Positions 20,583 to 37,138 of a stretch of DNA of 64,000 nucleotides are shown here, in pieces. Position 1 is the stretch's first letter. The number at the start of each line of letters is the position of its first letter. The stretch covers positions 3,224,001 to 3,288,000 of the forward strand of contig CATNEN010000010.1 of NCBI GenBank assembly GCA_950097015.1, read 5' to 3'. The position numbers and the translations under genes were made by a program. The stretch is from Macrostomum hystrix. Its lineage: Eukaryota; Animalia; Platyhelminthes. The notes beneath the pieces were generated by a model. The model did not search any database. It was not told the origin of the DNA and saw nothing but the letters and a program-made list of their open reading frames with translations.

Positions 20583-22984
20583 TCGTTATCGTTGTTTATC
20601 GTTGTTTATCGTTGATATTACGTCATATTAATCATCTCCGTGGATACGCGAATTCAAATCCATTTGAAAAATAATATCGCAAAGGAAACCTCAACATAGC
20701 CAGTGAGTTATTCATTCCTTAACAACCCCTGGAAAATTTTCTTATTATATAATTGTTTCCGATTGTTTAATTGTTTCCCATTTTTTCAAAATGATTTCCC
20801 AATGTTTTCGCATCAATTTGAAACATAAATTCTCACAAAACAGTTTAACGAACGATTCGAAAAGAATGCCGTTTCGTTTGCATTCAGCTGTTAAATAACT
20901 AATTACAAAAACTTGCCGTTATACTAGATACTATATTTCGTATTTATAGTCTCATTTTAATTTTTAATTTCATCTGCCAACACCTAGCGACTTTATACCA
21001 TCTATCTAATTATTATAACTAACATAATTGTGAAATCTAAGTGCCATTAATAATAACAAAACATAACTAACATATTAGATTGTATCGACTAACAGATGAG
21101 CAGATACAATTAACTTACCGTTTATTATTTGAACGTTGTTGACTTTGGTTAAATATTGTGAGGACAGCTCGATCTAGCAGTTGCCCGTGGGCTGTGTTTG
21201 GAAGCCTTGCTTAGATCTTTGACTGAGCTGAATCGAGTGACCTGGGTCAATGCAGAGATGCAGAGAGGGTTATCATAATTGAGGATTAACCTAAGCCAAT
21301 TGAGTTTTCAACACTATTTCCCGTTCGTTCGCTGGGTAGCTAACTAAACACATTTCATGCAGATTTTTCATTAATACGCACTGCAGTCTGATTCTGAAAG
21401 TCGGATAAAAATTTATGTAAATTTTAGGAGCGAACAGCTAAGAAAGCTCGCCAATTATCTGCCAAAATGGTTCAAAGAGGGAACAGATGCCAGAAATCAT
21501 GACCGAGCAAACAAAAATAGGCTGGCTCCTGCTAGCACTGCACGATTTTTACTCCTATCTCACTGCTAAGGGCGGCCTTGAACGGTTCGTAAGTAAGCAA
21601 ATAGCTCTAAGGAAGCACTGCTTGTTTCCTTTTAATTCTAGAGAGCAAATCGCGACCGATCGATGTTGGCCCTCACGCCCAACCCGTTCAAATATAAGCC
21701 AATAGGAAAAGATAGAGGTTTGAACAGGAGAGGAGGGGTGAGGATTAAAAGAGGGGTGAGTTGTAGGCTAGACTGGATAGTGTATTTTAAACCCCCCCAG
21801 TTTTTATGGATCGATAAAGTTCTGCTCTACCCCGACCCAGACCCAACCCCCTCCAGACTGATGGGCGTATTTTGGGGTCTTTGGAGGTTCACGCTAGGCT
21901 GTGGCTCATGCTATGGCCGAGTGTGCACTTTGCAGTGAGAAAATTACTGTCGTAAACAAGCTTGAATAGGCATCGTGAAAGTTAAAATTCATTCTTTGCA
22001 GCCAGTGCACTGCACGGGCTATATTTACGAGCCCGTACTCGTATTTATTTTCGGCGTTTCCCAGATCACAGTCATAGTCACAATCGCAATCAAAACTTTA
22101 AAAGCTCTTGATTTCCAGAGCTGGCTTGAATGTATACATTTCGCTTTAGATTTCGAAATACATATTTTATGGAATTTACTTTATCAACTTGGCAGACACT
22201 TCATCGGCGCTGTTTTTTTACATTTTGTTACCTTCGTAAGTGCTGAATTCCGAAAGTACAACCACGTTTCACAGTTCTAGGACTGTGAGGTGACTGAGAG
22301 ATGATGATTCAAATGCACTATAATTCGATTCACTTTCAAGTTTTCATTCAGATTTAAATATACTTTTCTGCTGCTTTAAAACCGGCGCTTTACACTAATT
22401 ATTGACCAATCACCTCACCACGCTCTCGTGCTCGGTCGAGTACTTTATCAGTCCTTATATTTAGAAACTGGAGAGAAAACTACCCGGTTTCAGAATCCCA
22501 TCTTCCGGACCACTTATTCTTATTGGCTGTTCTACACACACTGGGTAGAATTGGGCAGTTACAGTTCGGCAGGTCTTCTTAAAGAAAAAACTCAATTTCG
22601 CTGAACTATGTTCTAAGGAAATAAATTAGATTAGAAAGCTGAATAAATTGTCGAATTGAAGCTGTTGTGTCTGCCTGTTTTAGCTATTGAGTGGCCCATA
22701 TCGTCCATCCACAGTGTTGCTGTTTGCAATTGCATGCCTTCACTCATTCGCTGTGCTTGACCGAAAAACACATTTTCTTATGAAAAACATTTGCGTCACT
22801 CTACTTAAAGTTTCAGTAGTAATCTGTAATATATAACGAAAAAAACAAAACCAAAACCTTGCAAATTCTGCAATTAGCTCAACTGGTTTTACGACTTGCA
22901 GTTATGGCAATGCACACAATGATTGCAACCGAAGTTGTTCCAAAGTTGTCCTTGAATACACATTGTATTGCTATGCTAAAAGTA

Positions 22985-24465
22985 TACTCATCAACATTAA
23001 AAACCGCCACCCTAGAGCGAGGGGAACGGTTGATCTCAACTTACTGCCGCAAATTACGTAATGTGCACCTGACTGCAAGGAGAGCTACCGTGGGAGAGTG
23101 GGGTAGGTAAAGGGTTATCGCGAAGTTCAAAATGGATGATTTAGCACACTCAGTCAAAATGCAGCTAACGAGTAACCAGTATTACTCGTTATCTCCAAAA
23201 TGGTCCGCCACATGACCGATGGTGAACGATGGCGAGCCATAGGCATGCTTGAGGCCGGAATGTCCATCCGAGCAGTAGCCAGGCAATTCGGCAGATCACG
23301 TTCGACGATTCGCAGCCTTCTGCAGAAGTCCAGAGACACTGGCAGTGTCGCGCACGCAAGTCGTGGAGTCCAGCGCCGTCATCTGCGCAGCACAGCAAGG
23401 CTGATCGGCGACTGCTGCGAATTGTGAGGGGAAACCCCACCTTACCTGCCAGATTGCTTCGACTCATCTGGGGTGAAAGAAGCAGGCGCGGGAATATCTT
23501 GAGCGCCCAAACAATTCGACGGAGAAGTTGGGCGGCTGGGCTGCGCTGCCGGAAGATGCGCAAGCGACCCCGACTGACGCCTGCTCACTGCGCCACACGA
23601 GAGCTGTGGGCGATGCAGCGAATTCACTGGAGGCAGCAGCAATGGCGACGCGTCGTATTCACTGATGAGAGCCGCTTCCGCCTCTTTCAGGCAGACGGTC
23701 GCGTTCGTTTTTGGCGAGAGCCGCGGCAGGAAATGCTGCAACAGCACGTTCAAGCCACCGACGGACAGTCAGCCTCGGCGCATGTTTGGGCGAGGATCAC
23801 GTTGAACGCCAAGACGGAGCTTGTCTTTCTGGACTCAAATGTAACGGCAGGCGTCTACGCTAATTTACTGCAAATGCATCTTCTGCCTTTTGTCAATGCT
23901 GAATTTGGCGGGGTTCAGAACTGCATTCTCCAGGACAACAACGCCCCGCCGCACCGAGCTGCCGCTGTGGCTCAGCTGAAGGAGCAACTGAACTTGCGAA
24001 CTCTGAGGTGGCCATCGCGATCACCTGACATGAATCCCATTGAGCATGTCTGGGATTTCATGAAACGCACCATCCAGCGTCAAATGCCCCCGCCCCAGAA
24101 TCTTGCGGAGCTACGCCAGGCGATGACAATGCATGGCAGCAGCTACCTCAGAATTTCTTGCGGCGCCTAATTTTGGGAATGCCACGCCGAGTTTCCGCTC
24201 TGGTTGAGGTTCGTGGTTGCTACACGCGCTATTGACAGTTTTGTATGAGTTCTCACTAGCAACTTGTACTAGCAACATTTGTTATTTAATAACACACCCC
24301 AATTTGACTCTCGTTTCTCTGGTTACGGAGTCGGGGTGGGTGAGCAGAGTGCATTGCGTCATTCGCGGTTTTTCACCTCTCTCTCAGGTGCACATTGCGT
24401 CATTTGTGGTAGTGAGTTGAGATGAATCGTTTCCCTCGCTCTAGCGTGGCGGTTTTTGCTGAGTG
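22985..24465 (+). mobile_element. Tc1-family (DD34E-like) DNA transposon, decayed
   Basis: Imperfect ~55-bp TIRs (AAAAACCGCCAC(C/G)CTAGAGCGAGGG...ATCTCAAC), with TA at both ends (22983-84 and 24466-67). Confidence 0.9.
23200..24236 (+). pseudogene. Frameshifted Tc1 transposase
   Basis: HTH (RAIGMLEAGMSIRAVARQFG), then VFTDESRF, QDNNAPPH and WPSRSPDMNPIEHVW. Frameshifts near 23400-23430 and near 24125. Confidence 0.9.
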
Positions 24466-24704
24466 TAGTACAGACACAAACTGCAATGCTATCCTATTTA
24501 TCTGCTTGCATCTACCTCGTACAAGATTATAATAGATGACATTACTTGATTTATACAGTACTATCGCCGGTGATTGTTTTGCAGGGTAGCCGATTTGCAA
24601 AAGTCATTGCCGAAAAATCTAGCTCAGAATGATGATCAGGGGCGTATAGTTATACTCTTTGGGACAGTGACTGTGTCTCAGCGCCACCATGGTTTGACAG
24701 GCAA

Positions 24705-25990
24705 AAGGGGCACTATTAAGGATTTGGGGTGCCATTATGGATTTGGGTGTGCTATTATGGATTCGGGGGCACTATTAAGGATTTGGGGGGCGATTATTGA
24801 TTTGGGGTGCTATTATTGATTTGGGGTGCTATTATTGATTTGGGGTGCTATTATTGATTTGGGGTGCTATTATGGATTCGGGGAAACTATTATGAATTTG
24901 GGTGCAATTAAGGATTTGGGGTGCTATTAAGGATTTGGGTGCTATTATGAATTTGGGTGCTATTAAGGATTTGGGGTGCTATTAAGGATTTGGGTGCTAT
25001 TATGAATTTGGGTGCTATTAAGGATTTGGGGGCGCTATTATGGATTTGGGGTGCTATTAAGGATTTGGGGTGCTACTATGGATTTGGGGTGCTATTATTG
25101 ATTTGGGGTGCTATTATTGATTTGGGGTGCTATTATTGATTTGGGGTGCTATTATTGATTTGGGGTGCTATTATGGATTTGGGTGCTATTAAGGATTTGG
25201 GTGTGCTATTATGGATTTGGGTGCTATTAAGGATTTGGGTGTGCTATTATGGATTTGGGTGCTATTAAGGATTTGGGTGCTATTAAGGATTTGGGTGTGC
25301 TATTATGGATTTGGGTGCTATTAAGCATTTGGGTGCTATTAAGGATTTGGGGTGCTATTAAGGATTTGGGTGTGCTATTATGGATTTGGGTGCTATTAAG
25401 GATTTGGGGGTGCTATTAAGGATTTGGGGGTGCTATTAAGGATTTGGGGGTGCTATTAAGGATTTGGGGGTGCTATTAAGGATTTGGGGGTGCTATTAAG
25501 GATTTGGGGTGCTACTATGGATTTGGGGTGCTATTATGGATTTGGGGGTGCTATTATTGATTTGGGGTGCTATTATTGATTTGGGGTGCTATTATTGATT
25601 TGGGGTGCTATTATGGATTTGGGTGCTATTATGGATTTGGGTGCTATTAAGGATTTGGGTGTGCTATTATGGATTTGGGTGCTATTAAGGATTTGGGTGC
25701 TATTAAGGATTTGGGTGTGCTATTATGGATTTGGGTGCTATTAAGCATTTGGGTGCTATTAAGGATTTGGGGGTGCTATTAAGGATTTGGGTGTGCTATT
25801 ATGGATTTGGGTGCTATTAAGGATTTGGGGGTGCTATTAAGGATTTGGGGGTGCTATTATGGATTTGGGTGCTATTTAGGATTTGGGGGTGCTATTATGG
25901 ATTTGGGTGCTATTAAGGATTTGGGGGTGCTGTTAAGGATTTGGGGGTGCTATTAAGGATTTGGGGGTGCTATTATGGATTTGGGGGTGT
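24705..25990 (+). repeat. ~19-21-bp minisatellite (GGATTTG(G)nTGCTATTAA/T)n
   Basis: Direct inspection. Confidence 0.95.
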
Positions 25991-26759
25991 TGATTTATGA
26001 TGTATCAACAATACTGCTAGCATCTTATTTTCTCGGTGCAACTTAGTTTAAAGCAGTCAAGTGTAATCTCTAATTTACCGCTCGTATCTTATGCCGAAGC
26101 ACTGAAAGACTATAGTTATCTCATTACAAATGTTTCACAGATTTGCTTTATAAGCATTGGCCGGTTTGCCTTGACTGATTAAAAAAACATGTCGTGAATG
26201 CAATTTACCAACCATAGGTCGAAGATATTGAAGCACTGCTTAGCCCGCAACACAATCCTTTCTCTACTTCTCACGCATTCTATCCCAACCACAGTTCCGA
26301 CAAGCGATTCAGCCCATCAGTGTGTCTTACCCATCCGCGTCGCCTACAATTGGTTCCGATTCGATAGGCGCGAGCGACACTTAGGTATCTTTATGAAAAA
26401 GAAAAGACGTGCCTGCTTGCAGCTGCGACATAAATTCAAAATATTCTGATTCAAATTTACTATCTCTAATATTGTCAACTGCTGCAGAATGGAAGACGCC
26501 GCAGTGGAATCTCTGCACTGCCGACTGAGAGGCGCACCTCTGTTGATCTCTCATCTATTGGGGCCTGGATTTCGTGAGTATTTTCCCATTTCAAATTAGA
26601 TTTTGTACGGGTCTGGCGCACTTGACTTAAACTTCAACAATCTATTGAACTTCATGCCCGACCAGTCAGATTGGATGTGGCAAGACGATTAAGCGAGGGT
26701 GGATTAAATTTACGTAAGATCTGATGAATTAAAGGTAGTATATATATTAGCTAAATAAG

Positions 26760-27112
26760 TGTATAATAGGAACTGATGGATTAAACTTCGGTCTGGTGAA
26801 ACTTTTCTTTGGGTCTGATGGATTAAATGTAGGATCAGATTAAGTAGGAGTACATAAGTGTATAGGAGCTAATGGATTAAACGTCGGTCTGGTGGACTAA
26901 ATTTGGGTCTGATAGATTAATTTTAGGGTCTGAGGAATTAAATTTGAAATCTAATGAATTAAATTTAGCATCTGATGTTATTGTCGAAAACAGTAGTTTA
27001 TATATGATTTGATGAAATAAACTTAAGGTCTGATGGATTTAGTTTGGGATCTGATTTAGTACATAAGATAGGACTATGTTGAGGATCAGTGGATTAAATT
27101 TAGGATCTAACA
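26760..27112 (+). repeat. Degenerate repeat of GGTCTGATGGATTAAATTT-like units
   Basis: Many imperfect copies visible. Confidence 0.6.
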
Positions 27113-28358
27113 GATGTCATGTGGAGTTAAAGAGTCCTCGAGAGATACCAGGCCAAATTACGCTCGAAGGCCTGCAAGTCCTGATAGAGACACAACTGCA
27201 ATGTGCAACTACTGGTGCAGCCAGTTGAAGCGGGCAATGATAGCGGGCAGTTTCGGTGGTTGCCGGCCCACCCGTTAGCCTCCTGTTGTTTAAAAACAGC
27301 GCGCTGGCGTGGAACAAACAGCGCGAGAGCCCGCAGACCTAGGATTCCAGGCATTCCTCTCAGAGATTCCTTGCGATCTCACACACTCTCAGCCAGCACC
27401 GATCCTAGATGCCTAGATGGTGTGCGGGATTGGCGGCCCACCGTTTCTGGAGCCCGGCCAAGGCTCGCAGCGCTTTGCCGCCCTCAATAGAGACGGAATG
27501 ACAGAAGGCTTGGACAGCAACTGGCGGCTAGCTGAGGGCGACAGACGGACCCTTCAGTCAGTGGGAAACCATTTTCTTCTGTTCATTCTGGCCTATAACC
27601 TTTTTACCTTGAAATTTGTCGCATCAAAATTAGGATCTCGAGATTAGGTAGCGGGTGGCGACAGGCGCTCCGGGCCCGATGCCGCGCACACTAACCGGCA
27701 CCCTGATTGATGCGCCCATCGGACCGGAAGGTTGCCGTATTCGGGGCGGGGTGAAGCGGACATGCTGAAAGAAATCACAGGCAACTGACAGCGGCCGCTG
27801 GCGCCAGTGACCGCTAGGTGCGAGTGTGGGAAACGCCGGGTGGTGGCTAAAGAACAATGAAGGTTTGAAACTTGGACCTATGCAAAATCAGAGAACTCCG
27901 CAGCGAGTGAAGCGAAAAGATCCGACTGATCCGTGAGATCCCGCATCTGGAATTAGGGTCAAAAGTGTCGGGTGAACAAATGCTGCATGAATTTTACTGA
28001 GGATTTCTCCGTGCGCGACATTTACACGACTTCCTTCGGTAAATTCCTCTCTGTCAGACGGAAATGACAAAGTAGAAAATTTCTAATCATTTAATTATCC
28101 ATATTCGTAGAAACACAGCTCCGATATTATATTTAATGCCATTAAAACACCACTGGCAACATTGGCAACATGCTTTTGGGATCATTTAGGTTTTAGTAGT
28201 CGATTCCGGGTTTCCTCGAAAATCTCGGCAACTACAAAGTCACAGTTCAAACAGCTGGTATGCAGCAAAATTGTACATTTATCGGTTTACGGGCTCAGTT
28301 TTGCGACCGGATTTCTTCAGCAATAGTTTTGAAATTGAAATAAAATATTCATCAACAC

Positions 28359-29323
28359 TTGAGAAGTCTCCTAGGAAGCGCATTTGACCGCAGACACACT
28401 GCCGATTTTGCAGCTAATGTGCCGAGCCTGAAGTACACTCAGCAGCAGCAGCAGTGCCAGCAGCAGCTACCATATTTCCCGGTTTTGCTTCCCACCAACC
28501 AAGCGGTTCAGGTAACTCCGCTAGCAAGGCCACCAAGGCCGCATCCGGCAGAGGCGGTGGCTGCAGCAGCGATGACCGCCTCGGCTGCCGCTGCAGCGGC
28601 TGCGGCGACGGCATTCGCGCGCTTCGCTTTGTGGCCTCCTCGTGACCCGAGCTGGGAGCTCAAGCTGCCTCCGCTACCCCTGCCGCTGCTGACGACGATG
28701 ATAAGGCCGCAAGCGGCTCTGCCAATGCTGCAGACCTCATGCCTACGCACTCCGCTTGACCCCAGGAGTCTGCAAAGAAGCTGCAGCCGAAGCAGCAAAT
28801 CACGCAACATCTGCAGGACCGGCCGCGCGACTCCTGCAGAGTCCGTTGCAGCCAGCTGTGTCTGCGGCTACTGCGGCAAGCGCTTCAGCCGGCCCTGGCT
28901 GCTGCAAGGTGATTCTCATGCATGTATGATGTTTGCGCCCATGGACAAGGCCAGCCCGAATCATACCCACAACTCAACTCTGTTGGAAACAAGAATTCTA
29001 CAGTTCATTACCTGATGTGACATGTGAAACTTTGAGCCTTTTGCAGTGACTGGCAGTCAATAACGCTCCACCCGGCAGGTCACCTGCGCACCCACACTGG
29101 CGAGAGGCCCTTCCCGTGCCAGCTGTGCGGCAAGTCGTTCGCCGACAAGTCCAACCTGCGAGCGCACGTGCAGACCCACTCCAGGGAGAAGCCGCATCAG
29201 TGCGGCCGCTGCGGCAAACGCTTCGCCTTGAAGAGCTACCTCAGCAAGCACGCCGACAGCTCCTGCATGCGGCGCGAGAGGTTCATCGCCGCTACTGCGG
29301 CAACCGCCGCCAACGACGGCTAG
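28359..29323 (+). CDS. scrt: Scratch (Snail superfamily) zinc-finger transcription factor; exons ~28359..28908 and 29079..29323, 5' end uncertain
   Basis: [14 protein letters not shown] | [35 protein letters not shown]. The last finger FALKSYL is Scratch-type. The GT-AG intron at 28909-29078 preserves frame. Confidence 0.85.
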
Positions 29324-29859
29324 CAATGGACGGCCGCTTATAATCTCAGACGAATCTCGCACCGAGGGTCGTATCCAAGTTCGCATGCACCCCCCGATTC
29401 TATTAGTCTTCTGCTCAATCTAACTGACTTCTGCGCTTCTCAAGCAAATCAAGCAAGTAAAAGACTGAGTGAGAAATCAGGAGCTAAAAAAGTATTGTCG
29501 AATTAATTATTTCCAAGCGATTTGCAGCCACAAGCTTCTAAAATCGGGTGCGGGGAGGACTGGTTTGCGATACACATTTATTTTTATTCAATAACAATAT
29601 ATAGCTATATCATTGCCAGTTGATATATACATATACATATATTATAGATATATATTAATTATTAAATCAGATAAAATAGCGACAGAGGTGAGGCACACAA
29701 ACTGTACACAACGAAAACGAAACAGAAAAAACTTAAACAGACCCGACAATATATTGCTGCGCTGAATCAGCGGCTGGGAGGGATCGAGGGAAATGAGAGG
29801 AGAGAGAGGCTTGGGTAAAAATAGAAGTAGATGGCATACAGATATGGCATAGGCCAAAT

Positions 29860-30250
29860 GGAGATGGCATAGGGAGATGGCATAGGGGAGAATGAATATG
29901 GGAGATGGCAAAGGGAACATTGCACAGGCGAGATGGCATAGGGAAGATTGAATAGGGGAGATGGCATATGGGAGATGGCATAGGGAAGTTTGAATAGGGG
30001 AGATGGCATATGGGAGTTGGCATAGGGAAGATTGCATAGGGGAGATGGCATATGGGAGATGGCATAGGGAAGATTGCATAGGGGAGATGGCATATGGGAG
30101 ATGGCATAGGGAAGATTGCAATGGGGAGATGGCATATGGGAGATGGCATAGGGAAGATTGCATAGGGGAGATGGCATATGGGAGATGGCATAGGGGAGAT
30201 GGCATATCCCGTATGGGGATGGCATAGGGCAGATAGAACAGGGAGATGGC
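29860..30250 (+). repeat. Minisatellite with a GGGAGATGGCATA core and a 42-bp higher-order unit
   Basis: Direct inspection. Confidence 0.9.
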
Positions 30251-31669
30251 ATTAAGAGGTGTATAAGAAATAGAAGAGTTTAAAAATATTCCGAAGGTTC
30301 AAAAGTATTTGCTAGTGTGGCGCAAAATGAGGAAGAATACTTTACAATACTCAAGTAGTTAATAGATTATTGTTAGGTCGCTAATGCTCGTTGTGTTTGC
30401 AGTCTGGGCTGGTTCGCAATGGTTACATTCAAATATTATTATTAGTTTTCTATTACTGATATTGCAATTTACTGTAATGTAATGACAGCAATGTTATTCG
30501 CTTTGCTATTTGCAAGACGCAATTTTGCAACTTTTGGCTGAAACTTCGTCGATAAAAATTATATTCTAAACAAAAGAGCACAACTACTTTCCCATTTCTG
30601 TTTGCTAATAAAGGTCCCAAAGCTAGATTATACTACTCATAAGTAGTAGGGTGGCTAGCCTTGTACGCAAGCCTGCTGCCAGACAACAAGAAATCAGTTT
30701 TCATCAGATTGAAAAAACGCATTTCTTCTTTCAACGAGAACCAAAGAGAGTCAAATTGCGAGCCTGGAGGGAGAGCAAAAGCAGAGTTTCTAATCTGAGG
30801 ATCAGTAAAAAGGACACGAATCAACGACAATAAAAATAATCGATAGAATATATCAGAGTGCATAATGTGTATGCATAAGCAACTGCCCTAGCAAAGGCCA
30901 AGCAGATGGAAAGCTGGTCAGGTGGGTCATTGAACATAGCCGACTCGCAAGAAGGCAATGAGGGGTGGGCTGGCGCAGGGACAAATATTGGTTTAGGCAT
31001 GCTGTCCTATTGCACATATTCGCAAGCACTGAGATCTGTTATCATAGCTTTGACAATGCAGGTAAACGCCACAATCAGCATGCAATCTGAAACTGTTAGG
31101 CTGAAACAAAAAAGCTGTTTGTATATTGCACACACAAAGACTAAAAAAATATTGTACATGTACAAAGACACAAACAAGGACTCTAAAAAAGAGACGAATT
31201 AAAAAGTCGTCAATCAATAACTCTAAGCAGGCGGCCCCATTCGGTTAGGAGGAGTATAAAAAATGACAGAGACAAACAGACAAAATCCAATCAAAAAAGG
31301 ACTCGTGATCTTCCTGTAGCAGAGCTGCGGCATCTGGGATAAACGGGCAGAGGATATCTGCTGTTAGTGACAATTGCAAAACTAACTGAGAACAAAGAAA
31401 AAACACTCGATTTACTAACAACAATGCATTATTGGTGAATGACGGTGGATGGCTGATGAATGACGCTCTATTTACACAGCGCACAGCTTCACGCGATTTC
31501 AATTTCAGAGCAGGCCGGTCCAGTTGGACCAAAATTCATTTAGTAGGGGGGGGGGGCGAAATCTGCACACAGAGACTGGCAATCTGCACACAGGGCTGCG
31601 TGGGACACAGACCGCTTCTTATGATGAGCGACTGGGAACTTGTAGGCTGCGAGAGCGGGTACAGGGGAA

Positions 31670-32088
31670 ATTGAGGGGAGGAAGAGAGAGGGGGGATGAA
31701 GAGAGAAAGAGGGGAGGAAGAGAGAAAGAGGAGAGGAAGAAAGGGGGGAGGAAGAGAGGGGGAAAGAGAGGGGTTGAAGAGAGAGGCGAGGAAGAGAGAG
31801 GGGAGGAAGAGAAGTGGGAAGAAGAGAGGGGGGAGGAAGAGAGAGGGAGGAAGAGAAGGGGGAAGAAGAGAGAGGGGAGGAAGAGAGAGGGGAGGAAGAG
31901 AGAGGGGAGGAAGAGAGAGGGGAGGAAGAGAGAGGGGAGGAAGAGAGAGGGGAGGAAGAGAGAGGGGAGGAAGAGAGAGGGGAGGAAGAGAGAGGGGAGG
32001 AAGAGAGAGGGGAGGAAGAGAGAGGGGAGGAAGAGAGAGGGGAGGAAGAGAGAGGGGAGGAAGAGAGAGGGGAGGAAGAGAGAGGGGA
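31670..32088 (+). repeat. Purine-only 15-bp repeat (GAGAGGGGAGGAAGA)n
   Basis: Direct inspection. Confidence 0.95.
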
Positions 32089-32816
32089 CAGCACCTCCAA
32101 TCCCGGGCACTGACGCGGTAAAGAAGGCAGAAAGGAGCAACTGGAAAGCTTTGGGGTGCAAGGGGAGTTTCAGGGGAAGATAGTGGGGGAAGAGGAAGAG
32201 AAAGGAGTGGAAAGAGATAAAGAGGGACAAAGGATGGTACACAGGTGGCAAACAAGAAGAGTTAGTGAAGAAAACGCAGGCGGAGTGAAAAGCCAGAAGC
32301 AGGTGATTACAGATTGAAGCTGAGAGCTGCTTAAGCAAATCCAAAACGGACCGCTTTATGACGCTTAGAAAGAGGCTGAGATTTCTCCAAACAGAGGCGG
32401 CGATTTAAAAGGGGCTGTTAACACAAACAGCAAGTGAATTATTACAATAGCAATAAGCTGACAAAATATAAGCAGACACACCAGAGAACCAGTGCGCGCC
32501 AAAATAGCTAGTCGCAGAGCAGAGAGACGTGTCTTCCAAAAACTGTTTAGTCCGAAAACACAGAGAAGAACTCTTCCTGGTAAAAGAGGAAACACGCGGG
32601 CGAGTAGACAGGCGAGACAAAAACGCATGGATTTGTAAAAATTGCCTCTAATAAAATCAGCTTTCCTATCGTGAAGATCTATGACTGAAATCGTGCGGCC
32701 AGTTTTTATTTTTAGCTCAGTGACAGCCCTGTGTTTGGTTGCTCTTTTAAATCTCTGGCACTCGATCATTGAGTGATTGCATAACAAAAAGGCCACAGTT
32801 CCGCTGCTGTCCGAGT

Positions 32817-35318
<2,502 letters not shown>

Positions 35319-36129
35319 AGCTCGGCTAGGAGTCTCAGCTGACCGCGCAATCACTTCCTGTTAGTTGAGTCGGACCTGGCGATGCAAGAACTTTCTGAAA
35401 CAGCGTCCAAAACTGCTGGCCTCTGCCGTTATGCCCAGGCTGATGTTGAGTCGGCCCGACTGGGCTAAAATAAAATTTCGGAATATAATTTCTAGCTGTG
35501 AACACTGTGAGTTTTCTATTGGACAAACAAATCGACTTGTAAAATCGATATGAAGAACAATGCCCTCGAATGCCCTCGATTTTACCATATAAATGAATGT
35601 GTTTAAATAGCCTGCATAAAAAGAGCTTTATAAATCTATGAAAAATTGCTATAGAAAATTTGCTAAGAAAAAGAAATGATAAAAAATAGTTTATGTGATA
35701 AGCTGATTAGAATGTACTGTGTAATGAAGTAATTTTGAGAGTCTGCAATACTACATGTAATAAATAGCATAAAATTACTGAGAAAACATAACTCCCATAA
35801 AAAATATTTATATTTTAAATTAAAGAAAAATGAGTATATGAGTATACTACAATGTAAAAATTATGATACTTAACTAGAAAAAAAATCTTACAACTATGTT
35901 AGAACATATACAAAGTATATGCTTGAAAATACTTTTCATATTAATTAGAAGAACTAATTTTTGCTGCACCCAAATGTTTTTGTTTTGCATTTTCTGAAAC
36001 AAGAATTAAGTTGTCTGCTTTTCAGACTGTAGGAGATATTCAAGTGTTCAGGCTGAAGTTTGGATTTTTCATATAAGTGCTAGTGTATTTCATACAACCT
36101 ATACCCAAATTAGCACTGCGCCTCAGTGT

Positions 36130-36380
36130 GGCAATAACAATAGTAATAATAATTGCCTGAGGGCTTCAAGACTAGACTAATAATTTAGTGACACTAGACT
36201 CACAGCCAGCAAGGAGGCAATTCTGCCCATTTCACTGACTCCTAAGCACACATGCACATAGATACTGTATATAGGCACATGCTCACACTGGTGTGTACAT
36301 CAGCCCTGACTTTCTCATTGTCAGGCAATGTACACTTCACAGTGTCTTGGAGGTTGGACCTCAAGGGCGTGAATTGCCCT
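36130..36380 (-). mobile_element. SINE body fragment (same family as 62426-62783)
   Basis: High similarity to 62480-62660 by eye. Confidence 0.75.
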
Positions 36381-36805
36381 TTCAAGGGCATCTTTTTGAA
36401 AGGGTAAGCATCAGGTGGTGTAAAGCCATACTACAGGTCAGCCAAAATACAGATAGCAATGGGGCCTGCTCAGAGTTAGGAAGATTGCCTTTATTATACA
36501 ATATCCAAAAAAGAAGCATTTCATACTGGGCCTAACATAACAAGCCACCCGGACTCCAAATTTAAGTTATTAGCGGACCCAACATACAGTGATGTTGGAA
36601 TCAAAGCAAAGATCAACAATGAGGTTAGCTGAACTGCAGAGGCATTAGTCCTGCAAAAGCAATTATAAAACACAGGAAAAATTTCATTTCTCAGTTTTAT
36701 ACCCATTGGAGACAAAGGACACAGAATTCAAGCAAGCTAAGTCACTTCTATGACTCCTTATATTATTCAGCTGAAAAATATCTATAACAAATATACAACC
36801 TGAAG

Positions 36806-37138
36806 TTGAGACATGCCATATCATTGTTTAGACTAGGAAACCGTAAGCTAGCTTGCAAAACATTGCAAACTATGAGACCGAAAATTCAGTATGAGAATAG
36901 ATTATGTAATAAGTGCAAAACTGAAGTTGAAAACAAGGTCCACTTCCTTTTTAAGTGTAGTTGGAATGTGTATAGCACTTCACATTCAAATTTTGAAAAG
37001 AATATTTCTGGGAAAACTCCCAATTTTGCATCCTTAACAGCAGAAGAGAAATCTAACTACATCATGATAACACAAGAAGATAGGGAAACCACTGAAGCTT
37101 TAGCAAAGTACAACATAGAAATCTCTAAAATAAGGTAA
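36806..37138 (+). mobile_element. Non-LTR retrotransposon 3' fragment (C-terminal zinc-finger region)
   Basis: SLFRLGNRKL...RLCNKCKTEVENKVHFLFKC, a CX2C..HFL..C motif typical of LINE ORF2 C-termini. Confidence 0.7.

Noticed and set aside
20600-22900. Short ORFs at 21487-22280
   Set aside because: There are no recognisable domains, splice support or paralogs, so the region is left unassigned.
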